Shown piece by piece: positions 43,978 through 52,400 of a stretch of DNA of 64,000 bases (its first letter is position 1; the number at the start of each line of letters is the position of its first letter). Source of the stretch: a virus; the IMG/VR virus record IMGVR_UViG_3300045044_000110; one strand, given 5' to 3'. Under the pieces are notes generated by a model, which saw nothing but the letters and a program-made list of their open reading frames with translations, was not told where the DNA came from and did not search any database. Both the position numbers and the translations under genes were made by a program.

Positions 43978-45849
43978 TTATGCGATTTTGCGGAGGTAAT
44001 CGAATGCGACGTAACCGGAGCTGATCAGGTCGTTCTGGCCGCCGTTATCGAAGCCCAGCGCTAGATTGGTGGGGAAAGCCCCGTTAAAGGAGGTGGCGGC
44101 CCCGGTGTACGGTTCAGAATAGATCGTGACCCAGTTGATCCCATCATTAGAGAGATTGACTACCAGGTTAGAGCCCACATTGCCGATCTGGAGCCGCAGA
44201 TCCTGGCCGGTAAAGAGCGCGTAAGTTGTCGCGAGATGGGTGCCGAAGCTGGCTCCTTTCAAAATGGCAATCTGTGGGAAAAAGAGCGGGACAGCGGAGG
44301 CATTGGCAAAGCCATTGTCTATGATGTAGACAGCGAATCCGTGAGCGCCGGGGAGGCTGATTTGGATCCAAGTCTCCATCCAGGAGTTCGCGTTGGCTGC
44401 ACTAACCACATTGGCGGCGAAGGCGAACCGGAGCTTAAACTGGAAGAGCCAGTTAGCAGCGGTAGTGATGCTCTTGGAGATCGACAGGATAGTTGAGCCG
44501 CTGGTGCCCGCAGCGATGGCCAGCTGCGCAAAGGTCGAGAGCTGAGTAATGGTGGCTCCGGTCTTAGTCCCGCTCTGGGTCCATCCAGTTAGCCCAGCAG
44601 TTATAAACTCGTCATTTTGGGGGTCGGGCGTAACCGGCGGCAGCATGTCCCCGCCCAAGAATGCGAGAAGATCATGGCAAGAGTTATCGCCGCCAACATA
44701 GTCACTGACCTTGCCGCTGAGCTGGGCCAGTAACCCGGCGGCGGTGCTGGTGGCCAGAGGTTGAGATGCCAGCGCACGGGAACTACCGGTCCCATCTATA
44801 TAATCGCTGGTGTTTCCGCTGAGTCTCTTAAGGCCGCCGATAGTAGTGGTGCTGGCCAAGGGCACATATAGGAACCCGTCAGAGCCGTGAGTGGCGCAGT
44901 TATTTGGGTCGGTGCTTAGCTGGCCGGATCCAGGCGGTCCCGCCGGTCCTTGCGGTCCCACAGGCCCAGCAGGCCCAGCAGGCCCGGTCGCACCTTGAGG
45001 GCCGACACCGGATACCGTGTTGCCAATAGGGACTACGGTTCCCGGAGCCTGATTGCCGGGATAGTTCTGATTGGCGAGGACCAGGGTATTATTAGTGAGA
45101 TTGACGGAGTTGACCGCGAAATAACCGCCTCCGGCGAGATACACAATTATGCCTTGGGCAAAGGCATCGGCGTGGGCTACGAAGGCGGTGCCGGTGCTTA
45201 CTGGCACAGTAAAGGCTTGGGCTAAGGTGGTAAACGCGCTGGCTCCGCCGACTCCTTGCGGACCTGGTGGCCCGGCAGGCCCGGTTGTTCCTTGAGGCCC
45301 GACTGGTCCGCGCAAGGTTGCGGGCGAGATCTGGGTACCATAGCTGATCTGAGTACCGGAAGGCTGATTAGCCGGGTCCCCGGAATTGACGAGCATCACA
45401 TGGGTCGCATCCGGCTGGTTGCCGACGCAAGTGAAAGTGCCTGCTCCTGGGATATAGGTTAATAGGCCTGCCGTCATCCAGGACGAATCGGTGACCGCCA
45501 CTTGGACCGGCGCGGCATTGATGGCTGGCACCGTAAAGAGCTGGGACAGAAAACTGAAGCTCGCTTTCCCCGGAGGTCCTTGGGGGCCAACCGCCCCCAT
45601 TTGACCGGCGGGTCCGATCTGGCCTTGCGGACCTGGCAGGCCGACTCCGACAGGGCCTTGAGGTCCAGCGGCTCCTCGCAGCTGATCAACCCAAGCCCAT
45701 TGAGGTTGCGCACCGGGAGGGGTTGTTGGCTGGACTGCAGTCCAATACCCACCGTCGACCTTCGTATAAGCTTGGTCCCCGACTGAGGCGTGTATGCCGT
45801 CAATGGGTGGCAAAAGCGAGCTATTCCCGAAACCGCCTAAAAAGCTCAA
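43978..45849 (-). CDS. Collagen-like tail fibre / receptor-binding protein
   Basis: Three Gly-X-Y blocks separated by two related ~60-aa modules; duplicated PLAxxTxxG...LSG..SDY segment; C-terminal beta-sandwich ending FDYLRKIA. TTG start. Confidence 0.85.
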   Translation of the reverse strand: MSFLGGFGNSSLLPPIDGIHASVGDQAYTKVDGGYWTAVQPTTPPGAQPQWAWVDQLRGAAGPQGPVGVGLPGPQGQIGPAGQMGAVGPQGPPGKASFSFLSQLFTVPAINAAPVQVAVTDSSWMTAGLLTYIPGAGTFTCVGNQPDATHVMLVNSGDPANQPSGTQISYGTQISPATLRGPVGPQGTTGPAGPPGPQGVGGASAFTTLAQAFTVPVSTGTAFVAHADAFAQGIIVYLAGGGYFAVNSVNLTNNTLVLANQNYPGNQAPGTVVPIGNTVSGVGPQGATGPAGPAGPVGPQGPAGPPGSGQLSTDPNNCATHGSDGFLYVPLASTTTIGGLKRLSGNTSDYIDGTGSSRALASQPLATSTAAGLLAQLSGKVSDYVGGDNSCHDLLAFLGGDMLPPVTPDPQNDEFITAGLTGWTQSGTKTGATITQLSTFAQLAIAAGTSGSTILSISKSITTAANWLFQFKLRFAFAANVVSAANANSWMETWIQISLPGAHGFAVYIIDNGFANASAVPLFFPQIAILKGASFGTHLATTYALFTGQDLRLQIGNVGSNLVVNLSNDGINWVTIYSEPYTGAATSFNGAFPTNLALGFDNGGQNDLISSGYVAFDYLRKIA

Positions 45850-45960
45850 AGTAGTTTGAGTGGCTTAAAAGGAAAGAACGCTCGGCTCGCAGCATACCGA
45901 ACTGGACAAAAAACGCAAAGGAGTTAATGAATACCGCTAGAGCGCCTCCAATATCCGAAA

Positions 45961-46290
45961 ATGCCTACTCTGCAGAATCTGCTCATCACTTTGGGCGGGA
46001 CCAAATTGAAGGCGGGCTATCTGACTCCGGCGGGCACTGGCACGGCGTTAGAGACGGTCATCGCGATGAAAAATCAGTTCGATCCTTTTACGCTGCGCTC
46101 AAATCCGTTGCCGGGCCTGAACAACCCGCCGCTTGGCCCCAGCGGCCAGCCGCAGCCTAACTTCTTACTCTCGCCTGCCTGGATCGCTTCTTTGCGTGCG
46201 GGAGTCGACGCGATTTATCTCGCGGGCGTAAATGGGCAACTGGATGGCTCACCGGGGCAACCGGCGTTCAGCATCCTCCAACCGGTATGA
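45961..46290 (+). CDS. Hypothetical protein (109 aa)
   Basis: First gene of the plus-strand cassette. Confidence 0.6.
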   Translation: MPTLQNLLITLGGTKLKAGYLTPAGTGTALETVIAMKNQFDPFTLRSNPLPGLNNPPLGPSGQPQPNFLLSPAWIASLRAGVDAIYLAGVNGQLDGSPGQPAFSILQPV

Positions 46291-46293
46291 GTC

Positions 46294-46506
46294 ATGCCCA
46301 ATAAACCTATCGGTACTGTTCGCGGGTATAAGACGACCAAGCCCCAGCAAAAGCTCTTCGGTATTGCACGTGGGGTTCAGGAAGGGACGACTTCAGCGAA
46401 GTATTCTCCACAGGCGACTAAGATCGCCAAAACCATAGGTCCCAAAGACCTCCACAAGATCGCCTCCAAACCGAAAGGCGGTTTTCGAAAGAAAGGTAAG
46501 AAATAA
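46294..46506 (+). CDS. Small basic protein, DUF3008-like
   Basis: TKPQQKLFGIARGV...KIAKTIGPKDLHKIASKPKG resembles the SKAQQ...A.KRG...MS.K.L..FAST pattern. Confidence 0.6.
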   Translation: MPNKPIGTVRGYKTTKPQQKLFGIARGVQEGTTSAKYSPQATKIAKTIGPKDLHKIASKPKGGFRKKGKK

Positions 46507-46748
46507 TGGCAACCAAGAAACCAGCATACAAGAAGGGCGGCCCAGTCAAGCGCCAGATAGGTGGCCCGATCCCGCCGATGGCCATGCCGCCACCGGCTCC
46601 GGCACGCCGGGCTCCGGCAAAGAAAGTCGCCTCTAAGAAAGCAGCGTCCAAATCCAAATCCAAATCCAGGGCCAGAGGCAAACTGCCGACTATGGGCGGC
46701 GGCCTGACCGGCCTCGGCGGTACCGGAGCGCAAGGGATGATGCCCTAA
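46506..46748 (+). CDS. Small histone-H1-like basic protein with GGxV motifs
   Basis: YKKGGPVKRQIGGPI; PARRAPAKKVASKKAASKSKSKS. Confidence 0.65.
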   Translation: MATKKPAYKKGGPVKRQIGGPIPPMAMPPPAPARRAPAKKVASKKAASKSKSKSRARGKLPTMGGGLTGLGGTGAQGMMP

Positions 46749-46751
46749 GTT

Positions 46752-46925
46752 ATGGCTAAGAAATGGATCCAAAAGGCAATCCGTAAGCCGGGAGCCTTGC
46801 ATAGGCAGATGGGTGTTCCCCAGGGTAAAAAGATCCCGGCAGGCAAGCTTGCCAAGGCGGCCAAGGCTGGCGGCAAGCTCGGGCAGCGAGCAAGGCTCGC
46901 ACAGACCCTGAAGAAGCTGCATTGA
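46752..46925 (+). CDS. Small basic phage protein (57 aa; below ORF-track cutoff)
   Basis: MAKKWIQKAIRKPGALHRQMGVPQGKKIPAGKLAKAAKAGGKLGQRARLAQTLKKLH, a recurring family in phage structural regions. Confidence 0.8.
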   Translation: MAKKWIQKAIRKPGALHRQMGVPQGKKIPAGKLAKAAKAGGKLGQRARLAQTLKKLH

Positions 46926-47124
46926 TCCTGCGGGTAAAAGACTTCTGGCGTTGGTGGAATCAGAAGCGGGAGGGGCATTATCTCCACGGTAACCACCGTG
47001 AGCCGACCGCGCATGTGCCTTACACCGGTCGCAGCTACCGGATAGTTACGGTCGGTGATCACCGGCTGGTAGTGCCTCGGAAGCGATATTGACTTTACCG
47101 GCATTTCATAGGATAATAACTGGT

Positions 47125-47574
47125 ATGCAAGAACCAGAAGAAGAAGCACCGGGTACAGGCCTGTCCGACCAGCAACAGGAAGCTCTGGTCCAGCTGGGCC
47201 ATATGATGGGGCCTGTAACTGACGAGTTCGATAACGAGGTTCAGCGGCTCCATGATATCCGGCATAAGGCCGAGCACGAAGCGACTGATTACGAGCACGA
47301 GTTTAGCGATGCGAAGATGCATGCCGCCCAGACCGGTGGGGGTGGCACCGGACTCGGTCCGGAAGAAGAAGCTCAGCTCTTAGCTAAGCAGCAGCAGACT
47401 CTACAACAGCGAGCTGCCGCGCAAGGCCAGCAGCAGGCGCAAGCCGCGCAGGCGCAGCAGACTTCACCGCAGCCGCCACCGGCTCCGATAGGGCCACAAG
47501 GCGTGAGCCAGCCCTACCCGGCCCAGGCCGGGCGACAACCGCCGCCCGCACCGGCGCAGGAGGAGGAGCAATGA
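47125..47574 (+). CDS. Acidic/Gln-rich hypothetical protein
   Basis: ATG 47125; ATGA-coupled to the next gene. Confidence 0.6.
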   Translation: MQEPEEEAPGTGLSDQQQEALVQLGHMMGPVTDEFDNEVQRLHDIRHKAEHEATDYEHEFSDAKMHAAQTGGGGTGLGPEEEAQLLAKQQQTLQQRAAAQGQQQAQAAQAQQTSPQPPPAPIGPQGVSQPYPAQAGRQPPPAPAQEEEQ

Positions 47575-47996
47575 ATCTCTTAGCAGGCTTGGCTATTCTC
47601 TGGGTGGTCCTCGTAGTGGTAGTGTTTATCGGTTACCTCTTGATTTATATTGTGGGTGGGATCGTGGCTGGGATCTGTTCTCTATTTGAATCAAAGCCCA
47701 ACCCTCCCCAAGCGAGACAGGTTTTTTGCGCCACTCCTCTGATGAGCCAGTCACGAGCGCCATATGTGCCGGGCGGAACAGACAACTGGGCTCAGTACGC
47801 GATGCATAACCCCCAGGTGAAATTGCAGATGGTCGAAAAGCTTGAGATCGCGGACAGTCAGTTTAGCGCTGAGAAGCACATGAAAATGACTGGGCCGGTG
47901 CAGAATTACGGCCCTGGCTATGACCAATGGGGCCAAAAATTTGTGGTCTCTATCATGCCGTCTTCGGTCACCAGAAAAACAAAGAATCCTACATGA
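47571..47996 (+). CDS. Membrane-anchored hypothetical protein
   Basis: N-terminal ~35-aa hydrophobic stretch. Confidence 0.6.
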   Translation: MNLLAGLAILWVVLVVVVFIGYLLIYIVGGIVAGICSLFESKPNPPQARQVFCATPLMSQSRAPYVPGGTDNWAQYAMHNPQVKLQMVEKLEIADSQFSAEKHMKMTGPVQNYGPGYDQWGQKFVVSIMPSSVTRKTKNPT

Positions 47997-48030
47997 TTTT
48001 GCGGTAAGCCGAAAGGCTGGCTTGCATACA

Positions 48031-48069
48031 GCCGCCGGGAGCGTCGGAACTCTCGGCGGCACTTTTTTT
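48031..48069 (+). terminator. Rho-independent terminator ending the plus-strand cassette
   Basis: GCCGCCGGGAG / CTCTCGGCGGC 11-bp stem followed by ACTTTTTTT. Confidence 0.8.
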
Positions 48070-49489
48070 AAGCGGGTTGGGTTGGGGGCTGCATAGGGCA
48101 GATATCCCTTGGACCCTGCTCCCAGCCAGGAGGAGGCGAGGCAACGTTGATCACGCTAGTCTGGGTCTGGCCGCAGTAGGGAGCCACAACAGTTTTTCCC
48201 ACCCAGGGTTTCCCCGGCGGCGGCGGCGGCACATAACTGGGGTCATTCTGGATCCCGAGGACATCCTGCTGATACAGCTCGTAGTGATAGAGGTTGTAGG
48301 TGCCTATGACATCGAAGGTCTCTTGGTTTACCACCAGCGGATCGGCAGGCGTCCCATCATTCATCCGGTAGGTGGGATCCGTGAAAATGTACCAGGTAGC
48401 CTGGCCTCCTCTGATCGTACCCGGAGGAACCCGCTGATAGATCGTGAAATTGCTGCCGGTGCCTGGCGGATAGGTTGGAGTAGTAGCCTTGAACTGGTTT
48501 TTCCCCATCTCGTACTGGGCAGGCAAAGCCGCGTACATGTCGGCGCAGACCTGGGCACAGACATAGTCGGCATCACTGGTGACTGGCAACACGCCGCCGC
48601 TGGTCGGATCGAGCCCGCCATTACGGCCACAAGCCAGATAGACCAGAGCGTGAGGAAAGGCGTGCGCTACTGTTTGAATCACCGTCTCACATGCTGTGAT
48701 CAGCTGAGCGCTGGTATAGTTGTAGATCGGTCCGACCAAGTTATTGAGGTCTTGGACCTGCATCAGTTTGTTTTGGCCGATAACGCCGCTGGAAGCGTTC
48801 CCAGCGATCCCGAGATTTTGCAGGGTGACAGTGCTGGGATTGGAATTGGGGCCGGTGATAGCGGTGACCTTGAACCAGCCAAAGGTGTTGATGTAGACGA
48901 TCCAGCCGACATAGACCGTGGAATTGGCGACCGGGATTACCGTCATGGAGGCCCCATAAGCCGGGCAATGGATAGGTGCCTGGGGGTTTAGCAATTGCCA
49001 GTTGGAGATGTCGGTGGGCATCGACCAGTCACCCGAGGTGATACAGGCTAACGGCGCAGCCACCACCTTAATATTCGGGTTTGAACCGTACCGGGCACCG
49101 AAAGCCTGGAGCAGAGCGATATAATACGGCTGTGCGATAGGGTCCCACCAGATCCAGATGTTGTTTCCGCCGGAATCGACATAGATCTGGGTGCCGGTGG
49201 AATAGAGCCAGCTGGGGGCATTGTTGCCCTGGGGGATAATGCGCAGATCGATCAGCTTGCCGTGAGCGCTCGCCTCTGCGATGGCGGAATCAAAGAAAGA
49301 CCAGTTAAAAGAAGGATCATTGGGATTAGCCGTGGGGCCGCCTGCAGGTTGGGTGGGCTGGATTGCAGCCCAGTTTGATCGATAAGCAACCCCATTAGCC
49401 AATGAGCCGGATAATACTGCTGGATCTGAAAGCGCTTTGGAATTCGGCAGGCTGAAGATCAGCACTCCCGGCGGATAATTCAGAGCCAT
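48068..49489 (-). CDS. Glycoside-hydrolase-like (clan GH-A, GH42/GH5-type) TIM-barrel protein with inserted fibre-type module
   Basis: GVAYRSNWAAIQP...FNWSFFDSAIAEASAHGKLIDLRI...APSWL...WWDP...LLQAFGARYGSNP; C-terminal HYELYQQD; no signal peptide. Confidence 0.7.
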   Translation of the reverse strand: MALNYPPGVLIFSLPNSKALSDPAVLSGSLANGVAYRSNWAAIQPTQPAGGPTANPNDPSFNWSFFDSAIAEASAHGKLIDLRIIPQGNNAPSWLYSTGTQIYVDSGGNNIWIWWDPIAQPYYIALLQAFGARYGSNPNIKVVAAPLACITSGDWSMPTDISNWQLLNPQAPIHCPAYGASMTVIPVANSTVYVGWIVYINTFGWFKVTAITGPNSNPSTVTLQNLGIAGNASSGVIGQNKLMQVQDLNNLVGPIYNYTSAQLITACETVIQTVAHAFPHALVYLACGRNGGLDPTSGGVLPVTSDADYVCAQVCADMYAALPAQYEMGKNQFKATTPTYPPGTGSNFTIYQRVPPGTIRGGQATWYIFTDPTYRMNDGTPADPLVVNQETFDVIGTYNLYHYELYQQDVLGIQNDPSYVPPPPPGKPWVGKTVVAPYCGQTQTSVINVASPPPGWEQGPRDICPMQPPTQPA

Positions 49490-49493
49490 CTTT

Positions 49494-52400
49494 TTATCCT
49501 GGTGCCGCCGGGGCCATCATGGGTTCAGAGGGATGCCGTTTAGCGGAGGGGGCTGGTACGTTCTCGGGGCGTTTATAAGCTTTGAGCATTGGCCGATAAT
49601 CGCGGTCTTCGGCATCCTGGGCTCGTTCCCAATTTCGGCCCTGCCAGTGTTTCTGCTCAGCAAACCAGAGGATGGCTTGCAGCGAGGAGGGTTTGATTCC
49701 TATCTGTTCAGCTGCTTTACGGAAGGCCAGCTGGGAAAGTCCGAAGTCGACATTGTTAACGCCAGGCTCGGCAGATGGTTGGATTAGCCAAGGCTGGCCT
49801 CCAGTGCGGCCTTCATAGCCCAGCCGCCGCATGGTGCGAGCGGCCCACATATCGATGGTGGCCTGGAGCGACCGGCCATTCAGGTTCCCGGCAAAGTTCG
49901 GCGTCTTAGGTCCACCTGCCTCTTCTTCCCAGGTGTGAGCAAGCACTTTCAGGACGGCGATAGAGTTGTGACCGAAGAGTTTACCTTCGGCATTTTTTGG
50001 GGTGATACCGTGATGGGCGATGTACTGTTCCATTGCCTTCTCATCGGTATCAGGAGCTTCCTCCTTCAGGGCTTCATGGATCTTGTTGTCCATGATGTGC
50101 TTGATCAGATTACCTTTGCCGCTCTGCTTAATGTCGTAGGCCTGGCGGTACAGATCGATGGCCCTGTCGTAGTTGCCGAGCATGTATTGGTGATAAGCAT
50201 TGATGGCCATATTGTAGTTGATCTTGACCTTGTTGCCCGCGCTGGTCGCGGCCAGCAGGTTGGCCAGCAGGTTCGAATGAGCGCCGAATTGATTCTCCAA
50301 AAGCCCCTTGGCCTCATCGTACCATTCCTTACCCGCCATGACTTCCGGCAGATGTTCAATGGATTTGTAATATTTGACCAGCTCGTCGGCGTAGGTGTTA
50401 ACAGCGCTGATGTCGTTTAGATGGGACACCCGCAGCCGGTCTGTAGGGGTGAGGTAGGGAATCAATCGTTTCTCTGGGTCCAGGCTTTCGAGATCGTCCA
50501 CGGTTTCCTTGGGCGCTTTAGCCATGGAGGTCATTAAGCCGGTCCTCGTATTCATTGCGTAGCCTAAAGCCTTGCCCTGTTGCTGGAGCAGCGGAGCGTT
50601 GGCGATATCGTAGTTGACCTTCTTGTAGAGCGGGCCGCCTTTCTCGTCCTTCCTGAATTTACCCTTGTCGTCGTAAGCAGGCTCGAGCGGAATCGCTTCC
50701 GGGATCTGAGTGTCCAGGCGCTCACCTACTCGTTGGTAGAGACGTTCTTGTTTGGGATCGTCCGGCCTGGGGCCGAGCCTGGCTTCGACCTCTGGCGAAA
50801 GTGCTCGGTCCAGTTTCCTGATGCCTTTAAGCTTGGCAGCTCCCGGCATGAAGGCCGGTCCGACCGACTCCCAGCCTGGTTTAGCCCACTCTGGCAGCTC
50901 TTTCTCTGGTGGCGCTTTCCACTTTGCCCATTCTGGCACTGCGCCTGCCCGTTCTGCTTCTTCTGGAACCGGGAAGTATTTCTCTGTCCCTTGCATCTCT
51001 CGTTCCAGCGCATTTCGTGGTTCAGTTTGCCACCGAGCTTCCTCGGTCGCTCGTTGTCCGGCCACTCGTGCTTCCAATTCTCCGGGAGAACGCTGGTAAA
51101 GTGCCATAGCCATGGCCTTGAGCCGTTTGTCGATCCAGTCCCGGCGTGAAAGCGCCTGAGTATCCAGGTGGTCGATGTACTGCTGGTTAAGCTCTTTGGC
51201 TGGCACCGGTTTACCCGCCGCTAATTTCGCTTTGTAATCGAACTCTTCACGGGTGTCGTTAGGGTAACGTTCGGCGGCTATTTTGCGTAGCTCATCTTGC
51301 ACTGCCGGATTGCCCTTGAGATCTTGATACGTGGCAGCGGTACTGGTCCCACTAGGATGGCCTTCGATATACTGCGCGGCGTGCTGGATTTCGTGTGCAA
51401 GAGTATCCCGGTCCTGGGCATTCTTTAGTGTGATTGTGTCCCCTCTTTCCTTGCCCTCCTCATCAGTATAAGGGTGCAGATAGAATCCATCGGCTCTGAT
51501 GTCGGGATTGAGCCGGATCTTGGTTTTGCGCAGCTGCGGGTAATTCTTGAATAGCTCCGGGTGGGTGATCGCTTCACTAAGCTTCATCGGCTCGCCCCAG
51601 CTCTCAAAGTGGCGGTGCTCCAACAGATTCGGATGAAGCGAGCCTTCTGGCGCAGGCTTAAACTTCATGTCCTGGTCAGAGATCTCGAAGCGTCTACCGC
51701 CTTGCGGACTCTCGAAAGTGCGACCTTCCTCTTGTGCTTGCTGAAAACCTTTGGCCTTCTTGCCCGCCATGGGCATGAAGGCCGGTGCTTCTAGAGTTCG
51801 CCCAGGTGCCTCGCCTGCTCCAAGGCCAGATGGGCCTCTTTGTCGTTGAGCTTCCTCTTCTGCACGCGCTCCACCCACTCGATAAGTTCCCGCTCTTTGG
51901 GCGTAAGCTCTGCTCTCTTCTTTAGCTCGGTCCCAGTCTGAGTCCTGGTAGTAGTTGCTCGCTCGTTCATTGGGTAGTTCCGGTGCTTGGCGGGTAGCTC
52001 TGGCTATAGCGCCTTCACGCCCACCTTCAGGATAACCATTCCAGCCCATAAAGACAACATCCGGTTCATCGTCCTTTTCGAAATCCCAAGTGGACTTCGC
52101 ATAGGCCCGGTTGAATTTCATGCGGCCCGTCTCATTGAATCCGAATTGCCGGTAATAGGCTGGTAAGAAGTGATCGTAAGCATCCAGGGTCCGGCCCCCA
52201 TTGGCGATGGCATGAGTTACAGCGTGGGCACCAGCTCCTTGCGGGCCGCCATTGTTAAAGACATTTTGGATATCGCCATGCGGATCGATGGCGACTCCGG
52301 TCGTGCCCTCTTGGTTGGTGTAGAGCTGATGGTGTCGGATATCCTCTGGGTTCAGTTCCGATAGGTATTGAGGCCGCTTTGATTTGTTGCGCTGAGTAAT

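Noticed and set aside
45845-45860. Hairpin CTCAAA-GTAG-TTTGAG covering the TTG start of the collagen fibre gene
   Set aside because: A 6-bp AT-rich stem is too weak and too likely by chance to claim translational control.
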